A DNA stretch of 64,000 bases from contig NW_026262679.1 of NCBI RefSeq assembly GCF_021869535.1, positions 83,328,001 to 83,392,000 on the forward strand, written 5' to 3'. Below are positions 26,067 to 38,595 of the stretch, piece after piece. How positions within the stretch are numbered: position 1 is the first letter of the stretch; the number at the start of each line of letters is the position of its first letter. Below the pieces are notes generated by a model, which was not told the origin of the DNA, made no database searches, and was given only the letters and a program-made list of their open reading frames with translations. The DNA comes from Mytilus californianus (taxonomy: Eukaryota). The position numbers were made by a program, and so were the translations under genes.

Positions 26067-26511
26067 TCATTTTAACAGTATCCTTATGCAAGACAGGTAA
26101 GTCAATAGCAATACCAGCATATAGTCTGAACTCAAAATGAAACTGTTACTGGACATGCTGGTATTAATTTTACATATCTGCTCAACATCGCAGTTCGCAA
26201 GATCCTTGTAATATGTTTCAAATTCTGAAAACAGACAACTTCTTTGTCCACATGCCGGAATAACTACTGGTTCCTCGTTTACAAATAATCTAATAAGGTA
26301 GTCCATGGATGTGTCACATTTGTATAATCCAAACCCAAGATTGGCTGAAAATGGACCAATCAAACTTGTTCTAAATGTTCTGTTCTTGTTCATTTGGTAA
26401 TTGTCAGCTAAAAATTTCTGTGAGTCGTTGAACAACCCAAAAGCCGTATACAGTGGAATAATAGTATCAGTATGTCCAAACTGTATTACAAAAGGTTCTG
26501 GGTATGTCTCA
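26067..26511 (-). CDS. MINPP1: MINPP1-C exon 4
   Basis: tttcag|T GAG ACA TAC...; FGHTDTIIP, IGPFSANLGFGLYKC. The first 57 codons of the tracked ORF are intron. Confidence 0.93.
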
Positions 26512-29500
26512 CTGAAATGTATCAAATACAAGTAAAGTAGATTTAATTTTATTTGGCAGCAGTGTTTGACGCAGATAGACAAAAAAATACTAGATTTAGG
26601 AAATAACAAGATTTCTGTAATAACGGGGTAGAAATAATCGATTTCAAATGTCAATTTTAAAGTCATACAGATAACCGTCAAAAGGTGATATAACCAAACT
26701 TACAACATAAATATTTTGCGATATCTTGGACATATATAATAACTTTCAAATTTTCGTTCATAAAATCAAAACTTCGCAGAACGAGTTTGGGAACAAACAT
26801 ATTATCGGACAACAAGGTCCAACAAACATTTCGGTCTACATTCTCGGGAGCAAACATTTATTCTTATGCAATGAATTTTGTTTTCTGTGAAATATTTTTC
26901 AAATGTTATATTTCTGCAATATTATAACAGAAGTATATTTATAAGTTACGGAAGATTAGTTAACTGACGAATATTGAAAAATTATGTTTTGAAACTCATT
27001 GTAAAAAGTTATTGGAACGAAGGGAACTAATTTTAAGTCGATAGACTTACTCTGTCAAAAAATAATTTATGACAAAACATGTTTATCTTGAACAAATACC
27101 AGGTTTAGTAGAAAGTAAACATAACCATAATACAAGGCAAAGGCAAAATGTTTAGAAACTACTATACGGTATGGGTTTTTCTCATTGTTGAAGGCCGTAC
27201 GGTTGCCTTTAATTGCTTACATCCACTTCATTTGTATACTTTGGTGGATAGTTGTCTTATTGGTAATCATACCACATCTCCTTATTTTTATATAGTATAA
27301 AAATTCGCTCATGTTTAGAATTTTCTTTCCTGCAACATTGAAATTATGGGATATTTTAAAAGATACCTGTAAATTTAGACAATGCGAAATCAGGAGGAGT
27401 TTCCCACATATTACTATTTTGGAAATTGCATTGTACAATCTCTCCATGCACGCCTATATACGAGTGAACTCGTGCGCTTTACACTCCCATTTATTTTTAA
27501 GTTATATAGTAGGTTGTGGCCTCCTAGTAATCGATGTGGTGCTATAGAAACAAACTTTAATTATTGTTAACGTTCTCCATTTATGTTAACTTACTTCAAA
27601 TGCTATTGAACTACCTTGCTCATTTTATACAGCGTATTGATGCCTATAGTTTACTTCTTTTAACTGATGATGAAAACAGTACTCTTTCTGTTAACTTCTC
27701 TGTCGCTGGCAATACAATTTTCTTATCAATTGAGGTTCAGAATTATATTTTGAAAAGTAAAAGGTTTATTTCATTTTCCTTATGAAAGCTTTAATTAAAT
27801 GTTTTCCTTGCATTTCGATTATTTTATTCCATTTACTTTTGCCGGCTTTTTTAAAACATCTAATAAATGTTTAAAAAGTTGATATTCGTACAGACAATTG
27901 CACATATAAAATCGTCAAATAATTATAAAGAAGTCTGTAAACTGATGAAACTAAGATCTTTCACTCTGATCAGTTGGATTTGTTTCAATAAGTCTGACGG
28001 AGCTGAGTGAAAGATCTGATTTTGATTAGATTGAATATGTTGGGCTATCAATTTTGAAAGTTACTAACTAAAGATAATCGCTTTATTTTTCTATCGACGC
28101 CAAATGCCTATTTCAGTGCATTCTGATATATGACAGACTATAGGAACACCGACGAGCAATGTATGATAATAGTAATATGCAACGGCCGATTACGCCGATT
28201 GTTCATGTGCAAATTACTTGATGGATGGATTGGTAAACGTCCAGTTACAAACATTACATGCATATCAGAACGATAACCTGTAAATATGATATGAATATGA
28301 ACTCTGCTTTGTACTAGACAGACATGCTGAACTGGATTTTGACGTGCTACAATATACCAGTTCTCAAGAAGACTGTTACCCTTACCGGATAAATTATTCT
28401 GACTTAGAGCCGACGAGTATTTGGTCTTTTTCCTGATGCTGCGGGAAGCAACAAACGCCAAGTGTCAAGTCTTAATATCAACCCGGCCTTGGATCGAACC
28501 CCAGTACTCCCAGTGGCCACACTCGAGGCGATGTGCAATGAGGTGCAATTTACTTGACAAAAGCGTTTAATATTGTTACAAAGTGAAGAAATGTACAATT
28601 TTACGATCGTGGGGTTTTAGACAAACTTAAAGACCAAAAACAATATTGTACTTTTTACTTAGATAGCACTTTAAAATTTAAATACAAGGCACTGGACGGT
28701 ATAATACATCGACCGTGGCAAAATAACGCCTACATAAGTATAAATGGAAAAGGAAATGTCAGATAAATAAAAACCGATTGGCAATTTTTTCCGCTTTGGG
28801 CACTATTATAACAGGTACCATTAGTCATGCTTACTTTTAAGATTAATGTGTTTAGCGATAAAACCGTTTGTTTAAAATACGGTTGCTTGGGGTAGACAAA
28901 TTAAATTGTTTTCTGGATGCTGTTCCGGCGAGATCAACTGATATATTAGACTATTTATCTCGTACAAACATTTATTATAAAGATGTGATATATTGTAAGA
29001 GTTTCATTTCCTTAACATCGACCAATGGTATATTTTTACACAAAAAGGGGGATGTTAATACAATACGGATATGTCTAAGCTAACAACATAAGGAAATTCC
29101 TTAAGAATAGAATTTAGAAATGGTATAAAAAATACACTTTTTCTAATTCATTTTTGATAGTACTATAAAAGAGAAAAAAATAAAAAATCATATATCAGAG
29201 TAAGTATGATTTTCAAAACAACAAAAGATAAGAAAATAACAAATTATGTACAAAACGTAACGGTTAAATGATGACCGAAGACAAGATCTTCAGGTGTGTT
29301 TTGTATGTCTCTTGTGACTGTACTCCTAAAACTAAAGAAAATGTGTGGTAAAGGTTTCATAGTGATATCACTCCTAAAACTAATCAATACACGCAGTATA
29401 CCGATTTGACAGAAAATCATAAATATGTTAAAAACAGCAAAGGAAATAGTGGGTGAGGACCGATTTTATAATGCCATGTAGGTATTTACGACCGCTTCTG

Positions 29501-32500
29501 ATGACCACTACATATCCATATAATGAACACATAACGTCGTTACTAATATCATATACTCACTTATGTCGTTTTCCATCCACAACATTTCTGAACATTTTAA
29601 ACAGCCGTGAAGTATATGGACAAGATGTCTGCCAATTAATTGTGAAGCCGTATCCCATCTCCCAGTAGTTCTAAAGAAGAAATTAGTTTCCATATAAAAT
29701 TAGATACCAGGCGCGGATCCAGTCATTTTGAAAATGGGGGTTCCAACCCCCAGAACAACTAGAAACGTTTAAATGAAAATAAATTTAAAAAAACTATTGA
29801 ATGGTGACTTGGGAATAGAAATAGGGTCACCATTGGTCTTCCTCCGACCGGCAGTTAAACCCTCGCCAAAATGGGGCGTCCGTTTGGCTGCGAGGGGTGT
29901 ACTGTACAAGTTCGCAGCCACGTCCGGTCAGAATGGGTACGTTAAATCCGATGCATCGTGTAACGAGAGTGCCACGCTCTGGGCACGTTAAGAATCCTTG
30001 CAACAACTCTTTGAAGTGTCCGTAGGTCGCATGTTGCAAGGCTAAATTTCTGTCCCTATCTAAAATACACCCATTTTCCCGACCTTCATCCCGGACGGCC
30101 TCTATTACAGGTCCTACCTATCGTATGTATTGTTAATTTGTTCTCGTCCTGAACATGCATGAAATATTTGCCACTGGACGTTAAGCAACCAACAATAAAT
30201 CAATGAACTAATAAAGATAAGACGCAAAAAAAACAGGGATAAACACTGGCACACACAAAAATGCATATGCCTCGGCATTACGAACTACCCTACACTCCAA
30301 TAATGATGTTAGCTATATACCCTGGAATATCTTACTTTCGTGTCTTACTGTCATACTGTTTTACTTATCTCAGAAAATTTTTATAACACTTCGTGATACA
30401 TGAAAGATTAGCTAACATTGACTTCCAGATCTATATATGAGTTTGACCAATATAAAAATAGGAAGATGTAGTATAATTGTCAAGAGACAATTCTCCATCA
30501 GACCAAATGCTGTAAAAGTTAGCAACTATAGGTTAACGTACGGCCTTCAACAATGAACAAAACCCATACCGCATAGCAAGCTATAAAAGATCCGGAAATG
30601 ACAAATGTAAAACAATTCAAACTAAAAATCGTCTCTTTTTTCGTAATTTTATTTTCAACAATGAACAAAACCCATACCGCATGGCAAGCTATAAAAGATC
30701 CGGAAATGACAAATGTAAAACAATTCAAACGAAAAATCGTCTCTTTTTTCGTAATTTTTTTTATGTAGAGATTCCCGTGTTCTTGGTTATTTAACGAAAA
30801 AATATTATCAAGACAAAGGTAAGTGTTGTTTAATTTATCAATTAAATGGAATGCAGACGGGTCTTTACTGAGTTTGGCCATAAACAGTGATTCATAACAA
30901 TACAGTAACAGGTGTGCTCTGAAAGGGGTACTATTGGTGTTCATGTGAATACCCACAACCTGTCAATAAACTTTACTGAAACTACAAAAATTTTGTCAAA
31001 GAGAAAATTTACAGCTTTAATCATCTCATCACACGTTTAATTATATAAAAATAAGGATATGTGGTATTTACTATATAAAAATAAGGAGATGTGGTATGAT
31101 TGCCAATGAAACCACTATCCACCAAAGTTCAAATGAAGTTTATGTAGTTATCATAGGCAACTGTACGGCCTTCAACAATGAAAAAAGTAAGTATATTTAC
31201 CATATTTACCTTAAACTCATGCTTTATATGAGTTGCAGCAGATACATTTTCAATCAGGTTTTTTAAACGGCCATCTAATTAAAGTGTTGTTTGATAAGAT
31301 TCTGTGAAAGTGTAGTGTAAAGAGTTGGAAAGTCATAATTTTGAATCGAATTAAAAGGACGCAATTTATCTGAAACATCCAAAGAATGTTTACACTTCAA
31401 AAATAGTTAATTCCACTATTTTCATAGGATTTGTTCAAAAAGTTAATGATAAGTTCTTTGATAATAGTTTACATGGCTACTATAATTCACATGATTGTAC
31501 TTACACGAATATCAATTAGATAGTCAATGATCAGCAGATCTTCCATGTCAAAGAATTGGCACCAATTTGATTTGTTTAACATACCAAGTTCAAACGCACA
31601 TATTTGTTGTATGGTAACAACATCCACTAGAAAATAAGACACATTAGATTAAAATAGTTCTTAAGTGTGGTAATAGATTACTCTCAGTCGTGTCAAAAGA
31701 ACACATTGCGTGTAATCAAAGTTCAGTGTTAAAAGGCATTACTGCGTGTGATATTAACGACTGGTGAAGAGCAGCAATTCTGTTCTGTATTCTGTTTCTT
31801 TGCTTTTGATTTTATAAGTACGTACATGAAGGAATTTTGTGTCATTATTTAACTTGACTTTTCTTTCGCAGGGTAACTGTTTTGTTCAGTTTGCAAAACA
31901 CAAGTTATGTTTCATTTCAAATTGGTATATTAAGTTTGGATAAATAAAAAAAATTCTGAAGACATAGAGTAAAGGGAAAAACGAAAAACCGATAGAACAT
32001 GCTATCAGATTTCCTTTCAATGTGTATTCATCATGCTGGTGAATGTGTGTTCTCGTGTACATGTGATACAGTACTTTTTGTCCGAAATTTTACCTTTTTG
32101 TTTGATTTCTATTTTGTTCGATAATGTTGCTTAATGTCCGATAAATATCTGTTTCTAAAAGCCCCAGTTATATAGACGTTACGACCGCGATACGACATCT
32201 CTATGACCGCAAAAATTTACGATCACAATGATCTCTACTACGTCTCCACTTCATTTGGTTTGAAGAAAATAGTACATTTTAAAACACACCATGGTATAAA
32301 TAATACTTAACCTATGGTCAGCTGGAAAAAATATCTGTCGTGGTTAAAAACAATAACAATATTTGAAAGTGAGACTGCGAAACATCTATATATAGTTAAA
32401 CCCATCTTATTTCAAAATCGTTGACGGTCGAGAGCAACAGTGACCTAATTCTTTGGCCTTTTGACTCCGAAATCAATATGCTTCTTTCCCTTCCATATAT

Positions 32501-35009
32501 ATTCGTAAAGCAAAATATTACAATGATCACTTCAACTTCAAGGTAATTTTTTGTATAATACGGAAGAACAAAGTCACTTGCAAAAACTGGAAAACACTTA
32601 TATCATATTAGCTGAACCAACAAACGGATACTGACTCGTTCCTTGACATTTTTAAGACGCAGAAGAAGGAAAAATAAATTCAATTAACAGGAAAGTTTAA
32701 AGTACATATATGAAACAATTTCCGGGATATAATTTGAAGTCATTTCTACATTTCTTGTATAGAAATGGACCACGGCAAACAGCTGTGACCGATAATAAGT
32801 TAACAGTTTTGTCAAGAATTGATCCGAAATTTCTGTTTAAACAGATCGGAGTATTTGAGCTTCTGTGAAAGCATAGAGACATGGTAATCTGCTCGTGCGC
32901 TGGAAAGAGTTGATGTTTCCCAAATTTCACGAATTAATGCATATTTCTTTCTTAAAAATGTTCACGTAATTTCTTGTTTTCGCTTTATTTTTTGTACTCC
33001 TAAAGCTTGTCTGTATTCCAACTTTCAATTTATTGCAATGGCAATGTCCAAAATAGTAGTATGGGTTGTTAAAGAGTTATTTTCACACGACGTGTTTGCT
33101 TTTGCTGCTCAATCAATATAAATTAGCGATTTTCTATGTAAAACCGGAAGAACAGATCACCTATTACTTAATTATGATTTTAAAGGGGCAACAAATTTAA
33201 TAACACGAATGACAATCACAATGTATTGTACAGTAAAAAAAGGGTTTGAAATTTTATTAATATGCATATTAACAACGTAACTATATAAAAATAAGGACAT
33301 GTGGTATGATTGCCGATGAGACAACCATCCGACACAAGTTCAAAAGAAGTGATATGCTGCAAAACTATAGTAAGGACACTTCTTCGAATTCTTGTTAATG
33401 TAGTACTTTTATCCAACCGACCATACTTGTATTCGTAAACCAAAATATTACAATATTCTCAATTTCCTCATAGGGACAGGGTCATGATATTTCTGAGATA
33501 CCAGATGGGCGGTATATATCGATTGCTTTAATATACTCGAAATAATGATAGATTGATATAAACTTGCTTGCTTTGAGTCCAGTGGCAAATTATCAAGCGT
33601 ATTTTGAGACCAGAACAATTTAATAATTCATATATATGTAGGTCTGCTAAGTAGGCCAACTGGAGTGAAGGGCCGATAAGTTGGACTGCCACTGGAAAAT
33701 GAAGGCAAGTTAGTTATATATAGGAGCAGAACTTTTGTCTTGCAGCCGGGCACCCAAAAAGGATCCCTCAGAAGGATGTTGCAAAGGTTCTTTAATGTGC
33801 AGTGAGTACGGAACTCGCCTTTATAAACGAGGAATCAGATTTAACGTTCTCGTTCTGACAGGACGTGGCTGCGAATTTATACATCCCGGACAGCCAAACG
33901 GATGTCGCATTTTAACGAAGAGTTTTACTGTCGGACGCGAGAAGTCCAGGGAAGACTTTGTTTCTATACCAAAGAAAACCCTTGGGGGACAAAATACAGC
34001 TACCGCATTAACACCGATTCTATGAAAAAAAATTGATTAAGCAATGTCGGACTAATGGGGTGTCGGATAAATGGGGATGTCGGACTTATTAGGCGTTGGA
34101 TGTTGTGCGAAATATCGGGCGACCCCCAAAAAGTAAAGTTTCGGACAAAAAGCTAAATTTTCGGACATCATGAAAGCAAATCGGACAATAAGCGACTGTG
34201 CCGAACAAAAAGCAAAAGTTGCCGCCAAAAGCAAATTTATTCAGACAAAAAGCAACGTAGGACAAAAAGCACTGTACATATCATAAACATGTTTTACCTG
34301 GTTCAATGTCAGAAGCTCCAATTTTCTGTCTCACTTTATTGACAACAGATGTCATTTCATTTCCATTTAAGAATTTGTAAAATTCAGTTAAAGTTTCTTT
34401 GTTTTGGTCAACATCTCTTATGTATTTACCACAATAGTCGTAATACCTCAGTAATCTATCGTCAGTAGATGTTGTTATTGAATTTTTACCGATTACATTC
34501 TCCAAACCCAGACAAAACTTGCTTTTGCTTTGCTTTGTCCTAGCTTTCGACGTCGTTTCAAACATAAACTTCCCAGCATTTTTACGTACATTGTTTCTAA
34601 ATCGTTTGCCGAATCTCTCCCCGAGTTGAAGCATTTCTTCATCTCCAACGGCAGACTGTTGATACTGTTTGCTTTTTGGAAATGGGGTTCTCCAGTTCCC
34701 TATAAAGGGATTTTGTTTAACAACTAATGTATCCTCTCTTAGAACTGTGGAGATGTTATCCATTTTCTGTATCCATAGTAGAGATGGATATCTGGCACCG
34801 TGTCTGAATAAGTAGTGGAAATTTCTAATATGACACGAATGTCCTCCATACATAAATGATCCATCTCTATTCTCCAGTATAGTTTCATTAATATGTTTTA
34901 CCCAAAAATGCGGAGTCATAGCATTAAAGATTGGTTTCTTCAAATTGTCTTGAGGAATCACTTTGGTAATTGAAAATAACATAACTGTCAATAAAATGAC
35001 ACATTCCAT
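26067..35009 (-). CDS. MINPP1: MINPP1 paralog C, complete, 462 aa: join(35009-34298, 31626-31505, 29670-29561, 26511-26067)
   Basis: MECVILLTVMLFSITKVIP (signal-like), RHGARYP, FGHTDT. All introns GT-AG. The exons sum to 1389 nt = 463 codons. Hydrophobic C-terminal tail. An alternative in-frame ATG lies at 35069. Confidence 0.92.
28220..28545 (-). mobile_element. Degenerate tRNA-derived SINE in MINPP1-C intron 3
   Basis: tRNA-like B-box on the minus strand (reverse complement of ggatcgaacc near 28490). Its 3' tail matches the tail of the SINE at 29835-30204. Confidence 0.5.
29561..29670 (-). CDS. MINPP1: MINPP1-C exon 3 (110 nt)
   Basis: ctttag|AAC TAC TGG...CAT AA|gtgagt; encodes NYWEMGYGFTINWQTSCPYTSRLFKMFRNVVDGKRH. 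Confidence 0.93.
29835..30204 (+). mobile_element. SINE-like dispersed repeat in MINPP1-C intron 2
   Basis: GC-richer body gttcgcagccacgtccggtcagaatggg..., tail tgaaatatttgccactggacgttaagcaaccaacaat. An inverted copy lies at 33551-33957. Confidence 0.6.
30770..30960 (-). mobile_element. Penelope-like RT fragment
   Basis: GIHMNTNSTPFRAHLLLYCYESLFMAKL...LDNIFSLNN, a decayed GIPMG...LYCYES...YLDDI..LNN. Adjacent to a 108-bp direct duplication at about 30551-30760. Confidence 0.65.
31505..31626 (-). CDS. MINPP1: MINPP1-C exon 2 (122 nt)
   Basis: ttctag|TG GAT GTT...ATT CGT|gtaagt; encodes VDVVTIQQICAFELGMLNKSNWCQFFDMEDLLIIDYLIDIR. Confidence 0.93.
33551..33957 (-). mobile_element. SINE-like repeat (inverted relative to 29835-30204) in MINPP1-C intron 1
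   Basis: cagatttaacgttctcgttctgacaggacgtggctgcgaa...cagccaaacgg is the reverse complement of the 29880-29950 core. Confidence 0.6.
34298..35009 (-). CDS. MINPP1: MINPP1-C exon 1
   Basis: RHGARYP; ends CCA G|gtaaaa (phase 1). Confidence 0.92.
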
Positions 35010-37273
35010 TTCTAGAAATGTTGCCAATATTTGCAATTTATAATTAAATATTCCAATATCTACACACATGCCGAGCACATATACATGTGTAATGTAAACA
35101 ATCAGCTGTGCTGTCGGTAGTAACGTTAATTGTTGATTTCAATTAATGTACGTAATTTGTGTATCACTAGAAAATTATTGTATAAGTCAGGGATTTTGTT
35201 ACCACAAATTACATGAAACCTTTGTTTCATAGATTGAAAGATTTGGCTTTAAGTTTGGCTGTAATTACAGGAAATTTATTCGTTTTCTCATTGCCAATCT
35301 TACTTATTGTTATATAGAAGTATAGTCCAGATAATCATGCCGATTGCTGTGGGTATTTTTCGATTTTGACTTTTTTTGATCCCACATTGTCGCAGGAAGG
35401 CGTCAAAGCAAAAAATTAAAATAGCCTTCCTAGACGTCATAATTATTTGGACTAATAGAAGTACTGCGAGCAAAGTGTAACAGTGGTTTGATTCCGCCAG
35501 TTTACTTTATCCGGAGGAAGAAAATCCATTTAACCCATTTATTTATGTAAACAATAAACAATAAACAATAAACAATAAACCGGACTAATATAAACAAAAC
35601 AACGATATCAAGATCGACGCTTTCACACTATTTACATCCAATATTCTCTAGTGAAAAACAGTTACCCAGAATAAATACACGGCGGAATGAAAGTACGCTT
35701 ACAAAAGCTCACAAACTGGTACCCCAACCCTGATGAACCCTGATATAAATGTATGGCAAAATATAAAGATAAAGATAAATTTTATTTCCAATAGAGGACC
35801 CATTATAGGCATAGTCAGTACTTTGATTTTTTATATCACACAATTGCAATAGACAATACACAAGAAAATAAAAAAAAGAAATACAACTGAAAAAAAAAAA
35901 CCATGAAATAATAGTTAATAATACATGTAGTCACGTAAACCAGTATGTTTAGTGTTTATTGACCATGCACCAGAACCAGCATCATATCCATTATAAAAAA
36001 AAAAGCTTTTGAGTCAAGTCCTTCCTCGTGGCTGATGCATATGAACAAATAGTATTGTTGTTGTTCATATGCAGAAGTCACCAAGGGCAGGTGCTTAAAG
36101 GACACTCAAGCCAATACACAGAAATATGAACACTTAAACACTTTACAAAACAAGCATAAACTAATACTTAATATAATTACTATATTATAGTCCTCCTTGT
36201 GGCTAATGCACATAATTAAGATTAATATGTAGTTATCCAAATGAAGGAGCCACCAAGGGCAGGCGCTTAAGGGACATAGAAATATATTGTGTAAAATTTT
36301 TGTGTAAAAATATTTGGATTTGGATGCAGCCTCTAGCACAACTTGTCGCAATGCTCTGAGATAAAAAAGAGAATACACAAAAAACACAAACAATGGTATG
36401 AATTATGAGTATTTTTCATTCTGTTTTATGAAAGCACACATTTCATACAAGATATCCTTGTTTTCATTACTCATTAACCAAATAAACTGATCTTTAATTG
36501 TCAACATATCAAAATTAGCACAATATTTGGCAAACTATAAGAATTGCTAGTCAACCCCAAAACAATTTGGATGAACAATCAAAAAAAGAAAGTACACATA
36601 AGATGACATATTGTATCGCTAAAATTCTGAGTAAGTTTCAATGAATACTAATAAAGGTGAGGAGTTGCAAATACAAAATGTGCCCCCCCCCCTTTTTTTC
36701 CCCTGCGATAAAGCACTGGAAAAATCCATGAATTGCAATAAAATTTGCACATATAGGTACATTTTAATTTTTTTCTAAGACATCCAAATTTTGAAACTCA
36801 AAACGCTTATTTACAAAACTAAGAATGGGTGATTATGACTAACTGGTAGAAATATGAACAAAATCAATTCACATTGACAACAAAGAACGTGTCTAACCTG
36901 TAAACCATCAACACCATAGAAGATAAAAACCACTATTTATTTTTACTTGTCAAATAACAAAAAAATACGCACATATCTCTTTTTAAATGACTTTGACATA
37001 GATAATCCTATATTTCCAAATATTTTCAATACTGAAAATTAGTAATCCTTCTAAATCCCTCAAATCTACATCAAGTATATAAGAAAACCAGGTTTCATTT
37101 TAAAACAGTCTTTAGAGCTGAGGGAGGGGAACTCTTAGTATATACATATTCATATTTTTTTTTTATAATTTTATGATTTGTATTTTTCACAAGATGAATT
37201 ATCATTGTTCTCTTTTAATTATTTCCAGTTAGTTTATAATGAACAACCGAGCATGATGAGAATAACCTTTCAG

Positions 37274-37836
37274 TTTTTCTGCCCCCACCTTGACCGTCCG
37301 TCCGTCCCATTTTCGTTTCCACACTCTAACTTAAGTTTTCCTCATCCAAATTTTATGAATCTCATACACAATGCTAAGAACCAAACCTCGCTGACAGAGT
37401 TCGAATTTGGGCAGTGAGTCACTTACCGTTTTAAAGTTATGTTCCTTTATACTTTGCACTCTTAACTTATATAATAAGTTTGCCTCTTGCAAATTTTATA
37501 AAACTCACACATAATGCTGAAAACCAAAACTAGCAGACAAGAGTTCGAATTTTGGCAGTGAGTGACTTACTGTTCTAGAGTTATACCCCTTTATAAATAG
37601 CAAAATTGCTGAATTTGCCGTTTCCGCAGTCTTACTTTACTTTGCCCAATCAAATGTTATGAAACTTAAATACAATGCTTATTACCACCTAACGCCTATC
37701 AAGTTTGAATTGAAGTGTCGTCACTTTCAGGGTTCTTGAGTTATGTCCCTTTATACATGGGAAAATTGCTGAATATTTGCCATACATTTACAAGCGGGGG
37801 CATCTGTATCCCCATGGACACATTCTTCCTTTATTT
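37274..37836 (+). mobile_element. Pearl/HINE-like element with about 3 diverged internal repeats
   Basis: 5' tttttctgccccc plus ccgt repeats; 3' gcgggggcat followed by a terminal hairpin ending ggacacatt. Internal repeats near 37397, 37541 and 37704. Confidence 0.6.
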
Positions 37837-38595
37837 TTGAATAAAGCACAATTTACACTAAGATGTCATTATTTGTAATTGGATAACCTACATTTATATA
37901 TAAAACCCTCTCCTCAATTAATAACTGCTAGCCTTTTGCATCAGCCATAATATCTTGGTGCAAATTATATAAACCCAATCGGGCCAACGCCCTTATGAAT
38001 GCATCTAATACTTGCATCGTATGTTGTACTTTTGCTTCATTGACTCATCACTATTAGCATTTATAATAATTAAAGACAGACGAATGTATTTCTTAAATTG
38101 CAGTTCCGATGATTCATTTCCTGAGTGGGTTAAACAAGTCACTTCATGCACAATGCAAATTTTGCTATGTATATCATGGACGTTCAAATTTATATTGATG
38201 TCCTCAATCTCTCTTCTTGTCCTTGTAAAGCTGAAGACTGGGAAAACAATACTGCATTATCCCGGCATTTCTTTTCCCTAAGTCTTTGTAAAAAGCGTCG
38301 CTAACCGCTCGATCCCGCCCGACGTTACGCCCGTCCGTTTGTATGTATACCCGAAAAACCTAGGGTAGAAAACTTTCGTCAAAGGTTTCTTGGCTTCTAA
38401 GAAAGGGAATCATTTTATATTTGGTCTTCAGCTTGATAATGTTGAGTTGTAGGTGTAATCAATTTTAAAATCTGCCGTGCAGCCTCTTCCTGCTTGCCGA
38501 TAGTTTAAAATTTTACAACGCCTTTTATACAAGGAAAATTTCATCAAACTTTTCTTGGCTTCAATGATTTAAGGGAATGACCAATCACGCTTTAA

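Noticed and set aside
26512-26681. N-terminal extension of the 204-aa ORF
   Set aside because: It lies upstream of the CAG acceptor homologous to those of paralogs A and B, so it is intron read-through.
27664-27680. ctgatga-t-gaaa resembling a minimal hammerhead core
   Set aside because: There is no stem II and no convincing stems I/III with a cleavage triplet; it is probably chance in AT-rich DNA.
28470-28545. tRNA gene
   Set aside because: Only a B-box-like piece within a SINE remnant; no cloverleaf can be built.
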